The position numbers were made by a program, and so were the translations under genes. DNA of 64,000 nt from a bacterium (GTDB taxonomy: Bacteria; Fidelibacterota; Marinisomatia; Marinisomatales; JAHJCW01). The notes beneath the pieces are model-generated. The model did no database searches. It saw only the letters and a program-made list of their open reading frames with translations, and was not told the DNA's origin. Shown in pieces: positions 1 to 8,729 of the stretch (position 1 is the stretch's first letter; every line of letters starts with the position of its first letter). The DNA lies in contig JANQGY010000018.1 of NCBI GenBank assembly GCA_028282845.1, positions 101,252 to 165,251 on the forward strand. Reading direction: 5' to 3'.

Positions 1-680
1 ATACTTTCATGAGTACCGGACCAATCACCCAAGGTATATTTCCATTCAACTGCTACCGGTGCATCAGCCACTGCTGCACCACGCCAATGATAATTATAAT
101 AACTTGAAGTTCCCTCACGATTCATTACAATTGAATGTGACCAGCCTTCAAGTGAACCGGCCATATGTACTTGTTGAGTCTCAGGATTAAAATCAGTGTT
201 GGTAGCCATATTTACTCTGAAATATACATCAAGTGAGTCAGCATCATCAGTGAAAGGACCTGTTTCCGAATTAACATATTCGACATCTAAAACAGTGTCT
301 GCTGCCGGAACAGTAAGTATTCTATTTGGAGTCCCTTCCCAATTTGAAGTTACCGTTCCATCTTGATTCAAGATGTTATAACCGAATTTGTACTGTTTAT
401 CAGTACCTACAGTTGCTGCGGGAAAGGTTACCGTTAATTCCCAATAATCACCGCCTACGCTTGTCATCGGATCGGCTGCGGGAGTCCAAACTGCACCTGA
501 AGTGTATTCCTGCACTTCACCGCGTAAATCAACACCGGTTAAACCGGGACCGCCGGCTGTAACATCTGAAGAATCGGTTACACCTTGTACTGTTGAAGTA
601 TTAGCACGAAAAGTAACGTTCACCTGTGAGAAAGCAACTGTTACCGTTAGTGCTAATAAAACTAGTAACGTTTTTTTCAT
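1..680 (-). CDS. Secreted protein with tandem starch-binding-like (CBM20-type) beta-sandwich modules; partial, runs off the left edge
   Basis: Absent from the supplied ORF track because it has no stop in the window. A reverse-strand ATG at 678-680 opens a frame that stays open to position 1 (226 codons). Translation: MKKTLLVLLALTVTVAFSQVNVTFRANTSTVQGV...KQYKFGYNILNQDGTVTSNWEGTPNRILTVP...DVYFRVNMATN...VEWKYTLGDWSGTHES. It has a signal peptide and two ~100-aa modules with the aromatic / WE..NR pattern I associate with starch-binding CBMs. The + strand ORFs 326-562 and 502-687 are antisense shadows of it. Confidence 0.6.
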   Translation of the reverse strand, partial: MKKTLLVLLALTVTVAFSQVNVTFRANTSTVQGVTDSSDVTAGGPGLTGVDLRGEVQEYTSGAVWTPAADPMTSVGGDYWELTVTFPAATVGTDKQYKFGYNILNQDGTVTSNWEGTPNRILTVPAADTVLDVEYVNSETGPFTDDADSLDVYFRVNMATNTDFNPETQQVHMAGSLEGWSHSIVMNREGTSSYYNYHWRGAAVADAPVAVEWKYTLGDWSGTHES

Positions 681-711
681 TAATTAATACTCCTCTATTT
701 GTTAAATCTGA

Positions 712-737
712 TTAGTAACTCATAACAGAGATACTAA
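712..737. promoter_or_regulatory. Candidate operator, copy 1: TTAGTAACTC-ataaca-GAGATACTAA (9/10 bp inverted repeat, 6-nt spacer)
   Basis: Read directly from the sequence. It lies 32 nt upstream of the start of the CBM gene (680, minus strand). The same 10-mer and the same spacing recur at 8602-8627 and 10599-10624. Confidence 0.5.
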
Positions 738-789
738 GTTGTGTAAGTTAAGTTTTTTTATCATTTTTACAAAGAGAAATCACACAATA

Positions 790-1791
790 CTATTTCAATA
801 ATACTGATAGTCCCCAATGCGGTATATAGCCGAACTTCCCAAAATCCTGAACCGTGTAATCAACTACCATTCCAAAACCACCGACATACACTTTTGCGCC
901 GATACCCATAGTCAAGCCTTCTTCGCTTGCCGAATCGCCAATCGCTTTATAGCCGGCTCGTAGAAATACCCGGTCAAGGAAGCCGGCTTCTATGCCGAAA
1001 TTCATAGATTCTACATCATCACTCGGCATAAAGAAATCACTTGCTAAAGTTAATCTGATTACATCACTATTGATAATGTCAGATGAAATGCCCACTCTAA
1101 AGAATAGAGGTAGGGGCCAGGCATCCGTTTTTAATTTGGCAACAATGGTTTCATTATGACCGCTATTATCAGGGTCAAGATCTATTGTTTTCAATAGATC
1201 CTTGCCATCCAAAGTCATATCTGTTCCAAAGTTGGAAATGCTCATCCCGATTCTAAAGTCCTCGTTCAACGATTGATATAACAGTCCGACATCTAAAGCC
1301 ACCGCTGAGGCACTTTCGTTATAGATTTTTTGAGTGATATATTTTAATGATCCGCCAATCGAAAAGCGGTTGGTCAAGTTTCGTGAATAGGATAGTCCCG
1401 TAACTAAATCGGATGCTTTCCAATATAGATTAGTCCCCGACTGATTGTACAAATCGGTAATTTCTTCTTCACCATAATCCAATTGAGTGAAGAATATCCC
1501 AATCGCGTTGGAACTGTTAAGTTTTAAGACTGCGGCTAATAAGTTGATATTTGTATCAACCAACCAATTAGTGTTTGAGAACATTGTTTGGCTGCTCCCA
1601 AGTCTTGAAATTGCGCCCGGATTCCAGTACATAGTTGAAGCGTCATCGGCAATTGAAGTAAAGGCGCCGCCCATTGCTACCGATTTCGGACCGACGCCGA
1701 TACCGAGAAATTGAGCAGCCGAAGTTCCGACTTTTGATTGAGCTGATATTATCGCGAATGCAATAAAAAATGTAATTGTAATTTTCTTCAT
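790..1791 (-). CDS. PorV/PorQ-family outer-membrane beta-barrel protein (T9SS-associated)
   Basis: Signal peptide MKKITITFFIAFAIISAQS, followed by the family-typical N-terminus GTSAAQFLGIGVGPKSVAMGGAFTSIADDASTMYWNPGAISRL. The rest shows an alternating beta-strand pattern. Its ATG overlaps the stop of the upstream 1305-aa gene (ATGA at 1788-1791). Confidence 0.7.
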   Translation of the reverse strand: MKKITITFFIAFAIISAQSKVGTSAAQFLGIGVGPKSVAMGGAFTSIADDASTMYWNPGAISRLGSSQTMFSNTNWLVDTNINLLAAVLKLNSSNAIGIFFTQLDYGEEEITDLYNQSGTNLYWKASDLVTGLSYSRNLTNRFSIGGSLKYITQKIYNESASAVALDVGLLYQSLNEDFRIGMSISNFGTDMTLDGKDLLKTIDLDPDNSGHNETIVAKLKTDAWPLPLFFRVGISSDIINSDVIRLTLASDFFMPSDDVESMNFGIEAGFLDRVFLRAGYKAIGDSASEEGLTMGIGAKVYVGGFGMVVDYTVQDFGKFGYIPHWGLSVLLK

Positions 1792-4700
1792 TTTATCACC
1801 GCTAATTTACCTGAATGTTTGCCCCCGGTTGGGGAATCTACGATGTAAAAATACACACCATAGGCGATATCCAAATTCTCTTTAGTCTTTAAATCCCATG
1901 TTACAGTTCCCGAGAAAATATCTCCGGTATGTTCAAGGGTTCGAAGATGCTGTCCGCGTGAGGTAAAGATATAAATTTTAGCATCGCTTGGGACGTTTTG
2001 GAAATACACTTTGCGCTCCCCGCGACCGCTTGTAATGCCCGGCGGCAGAGCGGATTCAAATTCCGTAGCGGCTACATACGGATTAGGGACCACACGAATT
2101 TCCGACATGTCAGTTTTAGTTAGTTTATCTTTCACAGCTGCTACCGGTGTTGTGAACTCATATACATCGCCTCGCCTAAACGGTTTGGTCATTGAAATAA
2201 ACAATGTATCACCTTCTCCAAAATTCAATCCATCGGCTTGCGAAGTATCACGCTCGGTAAAGATCATGGACCAAGTATAGCGATATTCATCCTCGTCATC
2301 TTTCTCATAAAAATAGATTAGATCAATCGGATCAATTACTCCCGGTCTGCCAAGCGCACTTTCAGCAAAGATGTAAGGTACTTCAACATTATTGGTTCGA
2401 TCCATAATTTTAAAATTGGTGTCGCTGCCCGGTGTTGCTGCGGGAAAAGTAAACGGATTTAAAGATTGACCAAATCCAATATCGTCACCGAATATTATCA
2501 TATAGTCACTAGGAATTTTAAGCGGAATGTACAATTTACCGCCAACCGATAAGTTTTGAGCGCCGATGCTAATTCCATAAGTGTTCTGAGCATCGTCTTT
2601 TGTCCAATTAGTGCCGTTTTCCGTAGTCCACCAGTAAGTTAAGGAGTCAATCGGGGCAACAATCCAATAATTGTTTTCTCCTGAAATCTGATCTAACAGT
2701 GGGCTGTTTTCAAATAATAAACGGATACCATCAAATGATTTTGTATCATTAGTTTCCGGTACGTAAGGATTTTCATCAGGATCATCCCAAATAGATTCCT
2801 GTATATAGGGATCTTTGTAAATCGGATAATATTCAAATGCAATGGTATGTTCATCAACACCGAGTGCATCGTGATAAGAGGCTTTAATTTTACCGCTGTT
2901 GTAAAGCAATACATATTTGTCGGTAGGGATGGTATTACCGAGACTATTGGTCAATTGCACTGTTTCCGGAATAATATTTTCATAAGGTAATTGTACAGTC
3001 AGTGTGTCTTCCGGAATGAATGTATATTTGACACCGGTTATATCCCGTACTGAGTAATATGTAGTCATCGGAGCATACTCTTCAAAATCTTTAATATCAA
3101 CATTTTGATCACCCGTATCCGAGATGCCATTATTGTTCGTGTCGTCAGCTATAGACCAATCATTGTCATTATCTATATCATCATTTGACGTATCAAAGAA
3201 TTCGACTCTGTAGCTATGTCCCGTTAAAGCTGTTTCATCAATTATTTCAATTCCTACACCACCGGTTGCAATTCCTGCTTCATGAGTTACCTCAATTGCT
3301 GAATCTAAAGTATAGCCGGCGGCTTTGGCTGTCGGTGTAATTGCTGTCGTATTTATATCGGTAACAACCTCTCCGGTGGATAAGATAGAAATAAATTTGG
3401 AGTTTTCAGCGGGGAAAATATTTTTGTCGGCATCGCCATGATCGTAGGCAACTAAAGCATAATAATAAGTTCTGCCGTTAACTACATCTTCATCAACATA
3501 ACTATGCACTAAACCGCTGTCATCGCCAAGGTAATAACTGTATCCTTTGGTTTGTTGAAATAATTCATTTGACGGATAAAAATAACCGTTGATCTCATCA
3601 TCTTTATCCCATTGCATGATTGGCATGTATCCTTCTACCAATCCATGAGCGTTAGTAACATTTCTAACATCATTGAAATTTGAATCGGTAGCTCGATACA
3701 ATTTGTATCCTTGGAAGTCTTCCTGCTTTGTAATTGGATCAGGATGTTCCTCGGCGGTTCTATTCCAGTATAAAGTTATTTTTCCATCACTGGCGACAGC
3801 TGTGAGCGTCGGTTTTTGGGGCGGTGGCGGGAACCGATAATTATTATTATAAATGTTCTGTACGGTTCGCTTATTCTCTATGAGATCGTCTAAATCTTCA
3901 CCATACACAAGTGCTAATGATAATCTTTCGGTTTGTCCGGCTAAGAGCGGAAAATAACCCGAGCCGTAAATAAAATCACCGTCACTGCCGCCCACCGGCT
4001 CACCATTTGAAATATTGTCGGGTGTGTCAAAAAATCCCGGCCGGAGTTTATTCCACAGCGCTTCGTCATCTTTCCAGGGATATTCCTGCGCAGGTTGGAA
4101 GTAATCGAAACTCGTCAGACCGATTTGATCAGACTCATCTACATCAGTTTGATCAAAATTCGGTTCACCGGCTGTCGGCAAGCCGTCCCCCTCACCATAA
4201 TCATAGGTATCTGAAATGCCATCGGCACCGACATCGTCAAAATCAATATCCCAATCATTGTCGTTGTCAATACCGTCATCGCGCCTTTCATCAATCATTG
4301 TATTATCAATGTTGGGATTATTGATATAATCAATATAAGCCCTTGGGTTCACTATATCGAATAGAACCTTGCCATTTTGATCAACGCGGCGTTGCCGATA
4401 ATGCAAATAATAGTTTTCGTCAATTAATCCGTCAAGGTCATTATCAATACCGTCAAAAGCATTCGGATTAACGATTTCGTCATCTTGCGAGTTAAGAATT
4501 ACATTCCCTTCAACAAGTTTGGTTGTGCCGGGTGTAATAGTAAAAGTTTTGCCGCGCGTTGTAATTTCGACCGTACCTTGATTTGGTATGGTAAACTCGG
4601 TTCTATTGTAATCATTATCAATCAGGATTACTTTATTTCCGACATTAATTAGAGTGGAATCAAAATCCTCTTCTTCGAAGGTAGGCACAAAAGTCGCTCC

Positions 4701-5705
4701 TTCGTAATCAAGATAATCACCGTCATTATCAATACCGTCGAAGGGATTTCCCGGACTTTCTAAGAAGGCATAACCGACCATTCCAACATCACCAACCCAG
4801 TTAGGATTGCGTGAAACGTCATTGTCATAATCCCCCGTGTAGGTGATGTCATCATTAACGTCAAAAAATGACCAGTCATCATCCGATTCACCGACATGCT
4901 TATCTCCGGTCACGCCTACGTAAGTACCGACAAGCATTCCAAAGGTTGCTTTGGTATAATCGGTCGTGCCCGTGTTGGTTACTTCATAAAGCCAGAATAA
5001 ACAATCCTGAGCGAGGAATTGTTGCCATTGCATGCCGCGAACTTTCATTTCTAATCCTAATCCATTTCGTGCCAGATTATTAGCATCGGGTTTAAATTCA
5101 ACGCCCCACATATTGTTATCGGCAAAGTTGAATTCCTCATCATGGTTATCATCCATTACATAATAGCTTTCCTGCTGAATATTTTGCAGGTCTTTACCAA
5201 AATATCCATTCCAGGAACCTCTCCAACCCGGATCATCTATGTCGTCAAATTTATCGGGCCAATAACTTGGCCAAGTGGAGGGGTCGGTACTCATCGCTAC
5301 ACGTTCATTAGATTCATTAAAATACCCGCTAACCGGTTCAAAACCCCAACGTTTCCCGCCAAGCGCTTCTTCCGGACCGGTTGATGACGGTCGGTCAATT
5401 GGGCAGGTCGTTACCGAGTGAAATGTTTGCAGTTGATTGATATTATTTTCAGATGTGATTTCCACCCCGAACAAAGGGCTTACGTCGCCAATATATCCAT
5501 TATTATCGTGGAGCCAAGCTCCTCTTGGATTTGCCTCAGCCGGCTGACCGACTACGCCCCAATTTCCAAAGACCGTACGAACTAAATTACCATTGTGGAT
5601 TGCCGTTCTGCGAAACTCCTTTCCGGATGGTAATTGCTGCGCCGATAGAGTGCAGCATAATCCCAAAATGATTAGTGAGGATAAAATAATCTTTTTAAAA
5701 GTCAT
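1788..5705 (-). CDS. Giant secreted Ca-binding-repeat protein with Fn3-like module and C-terminal beta-sandwich (T9SS/FlgD-Ig-like) domain; function unknown
   Basis: 1305 aa with signal peptide MTFKKIILSSLIILGLCCTLSA|QQ. Acidic DGIDNDxD repeats (thrombospondin-type-3-like) occur at aa 322-530 (nt 4116-4742) and as DDIDNDNDWSIADD at aa 841-870 (nt 3096-3185). An Fn3-like stretch PPPPQKPTLTAVASDGKITLYWN...FQGYKLYRA lies at nt ~3426-3830. The C-terminal 103 aa are VVPNPYVAAT...KIYIFTSRGQHLRTL...GVYFYIVDS...GKLAVIK (nt 1791-2099). The gene overlaps the TonB receptor gene by 11 nt. Confidence 0.6.
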   Translation of the reverse strand: MTFKKIILSSLIILGLCCTLSAQQLPSGKEFRRTAIHNGNLVRTVFGNWGVVGQPAEANPRGAWLHDNNGYIGDVSPLFGVEITSENNINQLQTFHSVTTCPIDRPSSTGPEEALGGKRWGFEPVSGYFNESNERVAMSTDPSTWPSYWPDKFDDIDDPGWRGSWNGYFGKDLQNIQQESYYVMDDNHDEEFNFADNNMWGVEFKPDANNLARNGLGLEMKVRGMQWQQFLAQDCLFWLYEVTNTGTTDYTKATFGMLVGTYVGVTGDKHVGESDDDWSFFDVNDDITYTGDYDNDVSRNPNWVGDVGMVGYAFLESPGNPFDGIDNDGDYLDYEGATFVPTFEEEDFDSTLINVGNKVILIDNDYNRTEFTIPNQGTVEITTRGKTFTITPGTTKLVEGNVILNSQDDEIVNPNAFDGIDNDLDGLIDENYYLHYRQRRVDQNGKVLFDIVNPRAYIDYINNPNIDNTMIDERRDDGIDNDNDWDIDFDDVGADGISDTYDYGEGDGLPTAGEPNFDQTDVDESDQIGLTSFDYFQPAQEYPWKDDEALWNKLRPGFFDTPDNISNGEPVGGSDGDFIYGSGYFPLLAGQTERLSLALVYGEDLDDLIENKRTVQNIYNNNYRFPPPPQKPTLTAVASDGKITLYWNRTAEEHPDPITKQEDFQGYKLYRATDSNFNDVRNVTNAHGLVEGYMPIMQWDKDDEINGYFYPSNELFQQTKGYSYYLGDDSGLVHSYVDEDVVNGRTYYYALVAYDHGDADKNIFPAENSKFISILSTGEVVTDINTTAITPTAKAAGYTLDSAIEVTHEAGIATGGVGIEIIDETALTGHSYRVEFFDTSNDDIDNDNDWSIADDTNNNGISDTGDQNVDIKDFEEYAPMTTYYSVRDITGVKYTFIPEDTLTVQLPYENIIPETVQLTNSLGNTIPTDKYVLLYNSGKIKASYHDALGVDEHTIAFEYYPIYKDPYIQESIWDDPDENPYVPETNDTKSFDGIRLLFENSPLLDQISGENNYWIVAPIDSLTYWWTTENGTNWTKDDAQNTYGISIGAQNLSVGGKLYIPLKIPSDYMIIFGDDIGFGQSLNPFTFPAATPGSDTNFKIMDRTNNVEVPYIFAESALGRPGVIDPIDLIYFYEKDDEDEYRYTWSMIFTERDTSQADGLNFGEGDTLFISMTKPFRRGDVYEFTTPVAAVKDKLTKTDMSEIRVVPNPYVAATEFESALPPGITSGRGERKVYFQNVPSDAKIYIFTSRGQHLRTLEHTGDIFSGTVTWDLKTKENLDIAYGVYFYIVDSPTGGKHSGKLAVIK

Positions 5706-8598
5706 AAGTAACTCCGATTTCTACTCTGCGGGGTTTGGAATAGTAAGTTGCATTGGTAAACCATTCATCAATAGTATTTATAAATTCAATCGTATTTTGG
5801 TCTTTAGCGATTTGAATGTCTTTTGTTTTATCAGCCACACCCGAATCATCGTAAACATTGGTTTGATTTAAATGATCAAATAGATTTTCTATTCTTAGGA
5901 AGAACGTCAACTTATGTGATCTGAATGTTAAGTTATAATAGCTTCGTAAATCAACATTCCAGGAAGCCGGTTTGCGTGCCGAGTTATTAACTAAAGCTGA
6001 AATGTCTTCCAAGGATTCAGGTGTATATGGCAAACCTGATCCATATTGGGCTATGGCGCTACCGCCCCAATTTCTACTGTTGTAGGAAACCGATGCATTT
6101 AAAGTATGGGACTGATCCCAGTCCAAGGGAACTAATTGAATTTCGGGCAGTTCTCCGCCGGCTAAAGCCTCTTGTGCTGCCTTTGGATCCGATGCGCTCC
6201 CTTTTGATATTTGATAAGTATAGTCAATTGCACCGGACCACCCGGACGATTCACGCATGGTCAATGCTAACACAAGTCCTCTGACATAAGCAAAATCGGA
6301 ATTGGCCAATTTGCTATAAGTGGCTGAACCGCCAAAAACAGAAATCTCCTCAGCTCTCGTACCGGCGAGATCACGTATGTCACGAAAATAACCTGTTACT
6401 TCAAGTGCTAAATTAGGCGCTAGCTGCTGTTGAATCCCGAGCTCACCGCTAACGGTTTTTTCAGGTTTTAAATCGGCATTGCCGACAACACCAACATTGC
6501 CGGTTCCCTGATCAAGATCAAAATCGGGATTCTCGTATAAATATTCAAACCTCGGAATCTGGAAAAAATGACCATAAGAGAAATGGACAACCCCCCGTTC
6601 GGTTATCGGGAAAGAGACACCCAAGCGCGGACTGATCTTCCATTTGGGTGAAGTATCTTTATACCAATATTCCTCCCGTTCCGCGAATGTTACAATTGGT
6701 TCCCCTTCATCCTGTACGCCATTATCATTTAGATCCTGATAGCGGTTTTCCGGTTTGATCGGATTATAGATGCTCGGATCAGTCGGGTCTGCTAATATTT
6801 TGCCCTTGGGATCAAAATAGTCAAATCTCACACCGGCATTGACGATCAGTTCATCAAATTCGATTTTATCCTGAATATATGCGCTGACCTCATACGGTTC
6901 AACATTATAACGACTGGTATGAATAGTTGAATCCGGCATTATAACAGGATTCTCCAAATAGGGACTATCATAGATTAAATCAACGGTGGTCTTTTCGGGC
7001 GGCGGTTGCAGATTAGCATCGAAATATTTAAGATTATGCATGCGATACTCGGCGCCGATTTTCATAAGGTGCCTTTGTGTAATTTGGCTGGTGAGATCAG
7101 CTTTAACTGTTGTCGTTATCGTGCTTCGTTCAAAGATATTATTCTGCGTTCCACCGGTTTTAAAACTGTAAGTATTTTGAATACCGTTTATATCATGTAT
7201 GTAAAGATTTTCATTTTTTTCGGAATAGGTCCGATGATTATAATTTTTGTCGAATCTGGTCAATCCGATTGAGTAATAAGTTTTTGCTCCGAAACTTTGA
7301 TTGAACTGTAATAATTGAGTTAGTCCTGAGCGATTCCTTGTCAATATTCCATCAGGATTATATTTATAATTTCTTGCTGCTGCCAAGTCTGCCGCGTAAT
7401 CCTGATATTCAACATTATCGCTAATAGCGGTATATCTAACTTTAATAAATGGAGAAATTTTCCAAATCAGTTTTAACTGTCCATACAATTTACGATTCCA
7501 TTCCATTGGAACATATTTACCATCTCCAACGGCATTGGTATGGTTTTCCTTTAGCAGGTTATACAACGAATCTATTTCAGCTTCGGTGGTCGCGCCGTAT
7601 TGAGGAGCAAAAAATTCATTCACTATTCTGTCAAATTCCGCATCTGAACCAAGAATATAGGTATCCGGTTCATCATCTTCATTAAAATAGGTTAATGCCA
7701 CTGAGTTCGGTTTATACAAACGCTTTCCTTCGTATTGACCTTGATAATAAATTGAACGTCCGTTCGCATAAAAATACAGTTTATCCCGAATTATTGATCC
7801 TTCAAGATGTCCTTCAATATTTTTTGTTGTTACTGGATTGAAATCATCAATGTTAAGGAATATGTCATCATGCGATGAAAAGAAGTCCCCACTATATAAT
7901 GATAAGCCACCATGCAGCTCATTTGTACCGTCTTTGGTAACAATATTGACAATTCCGCTCATGGCTTGTCCGTATTCAGCATTGAACGCACCCGAGATAA
8001 CCTGCATTTCTTCAACCGCATTTTTGTTTACGTCAACAACTGTGCCTCCGTCGTAAACATCGGTAACCGGTACACCATCAATCCAATAGGCTACTTCGCC
8101 TGAGCGACCGCCACGCAGGTGACCGTCCACGAATCCTGCCTGAAGTTCAAGCACATCGGATATTTCGGTAATCGGTAATGCTTCCATATCGGATGAATTG
8201 ACAATTGCAGTTGAAGCGGTTAGGTCTTTAGTGATCAGCGCTCTTTCGGCAACCACAACAACTTCCTCACCTTCAATAGCTTCGGTAGGTAAAGAAAAGT
8301 CAGCAGTTGTTGTTAGATCAATGCTGACTTCAATGTTTGTCATTCTGACTACCGAATAGCCTATCATACTTGCTCTAAGAGCATAATTGCCGGGCGGCAC
8401 ATTCAGAATATAATAATTGCCTTCCCAATCGGTTGCCGCTCCGAGGTCGGTTCCTTCAATCCAAACATTACAACCAATGAGTGGTTCGCCGCTTGATTGG
8501 TCAATTACATTTCCAGCAATTTTACCGGTTGTGCCTGAAAATACGAAAATGGGGAATACAATAAGAATGGTTAGAATTATTAAATATTTTATCTTCAT
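5695..8598 (-). CDS. TonB-dependent outer-membrane receptor with N-terminal CarboxypepD_reg-like domain (SusC-like architecture, no SusD partner)
   Basis: 967 aa with a signal peptide. The CarboxypepD_reg-like segment is GKIAGNVIDQSSGEPLIGCNVWIEGTDLGAATDWEGNYYILNVPPGNYALRASMIGYS. A plug-like region (EEVVVVAERAL...) follows, then a long beta-barrel ending in the terminal aromatic ...EIGVTYDF. Confidence 0.85.
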   Translation of the reverse strand: MKIKYLIILTILIVFPIFVFSGTTGKIAGNVIDQSSGEPLIGCNVWIEGTDLGAATDWEGNYYILNVPPGNYALRASMIGYSVVRMTNIEVSIDLTTTADFSLPTEAIEGEEVVVVAERALITKDLTASTAIVNSSDMEALPITEISDVLELQAGFVDGHLRGGRSGEVAYWIDGVPVTDVYDGGTVVDVNKNAVEEMQVISGAFNAEYGQAMSGIVNIVTKDGTNELHGGLSLYSGDFFSSHDDIFLNIDDFNPVTTKNIEGHLEGSIIRDKLYFYANGRSIYYQGQYEGKRLYKPNSVALTYFNEDDEPDTYILGSDAEFDRIVNEFFAPQYGATTEAEIDSLYNLLKENHTNAVGDGKYVPMEWNRKLYGQLKLIWKISPFIKVRYTAISDNVEYQDYAADLAAARNYKYNPDGILTRNRSGLTQLLQFNQSFGAKTYYSIGLTRFDKNYNHRTYSEKNENLYIHDINGIQNTYSFKTGGTQNNIFERSTITTTVKADLTSQITQRHLMKIGAEYRMHNLKYFDANLQPPPEKTTVDLIYDSPYLENPVIMPDSTIHTSRYNVEPYEVSAYIQDKIEFDELIVNAGVRFDYFDPKGKILADPTDPSIYNPIKPENRYQDLNDNGVQDEGEPIVTFAEREEYWYKDTSPKWKISPRLGVSFPITERGVVHFSYGHFFQIPRFEYLYENPDFDLDQGTGNVGVVGNADLKPEKTVSGELGIQQQLAPNLALEVTGYFRDIRDLAGTRAEEISVFGGSATYSKLANSDFAYVRGLVLALTMRESSGWSGAIDYTYQISKGSASDPKAAQEALAGGELPEIQLVPLDWDQSHTLNASVSYNSRNWGGSAIAQYGSGLPYTPESLEDISALVNNSARKPASWNVDLRSYYNLTFRSHKLTFFLRIENLFDHLNQTNVYDDSGVADKTKDIQIAKDQNTIEFINTIDEWFTNATYYSKPRRVEIGVTYDF

Positions 8599-8601
8599 AA
8601 T

Positions 8602-8627
8602 TTAGTAACTCACTTTAGAGTGTCGTT
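8602..8627. promoter_or_regulatory. Candidate operator, copy 2: TTAGTAACTC-acttta-GAGTGTCGTT (left half perfect, right half 5/10)
   Basis: Read directly from the sequence. It begins 4 nt upstream of the TonB-receptor start codon (8598, minus strand). The 10-mer and 6-nt spacer match the copies at 712 and 10599. Confidence 0.4.
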
Positions 8628-8729
8628 ATAGAATAGCTGAATTTAAAAATCAAATACTATTATTTCTAATATATTTATAACAAGAAACTAATATTATAAA
8701 TTTATCTAACTGGGGTATTTTAGATAGTT

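Noticed and set aside
326-687. Track ORFs 326-562 (+) and 502-687 (+)
   Set aside because: Both lie antisense to the long open minus-strand frame 1-680, which has a signal peptide and CBM-like modules. Their products are low-complexity with no motifs.
1487-8605. Short ORFs inside or antisense to the PorV-like, giant-protein and TonB-receptor genes (e.g. 1487-1714, 2011-2280, 2693-2914, 4007-4324, 4868-5083, 5142-5384, 5593-5871, 6021-6284, 6986-7272, 7449-7685, 7838-8103, 8417-8605)
   Set aside because: They are fully nested in much longer, motif-rich reading frames. They are shadow ORFs with biased, repetitive composition.
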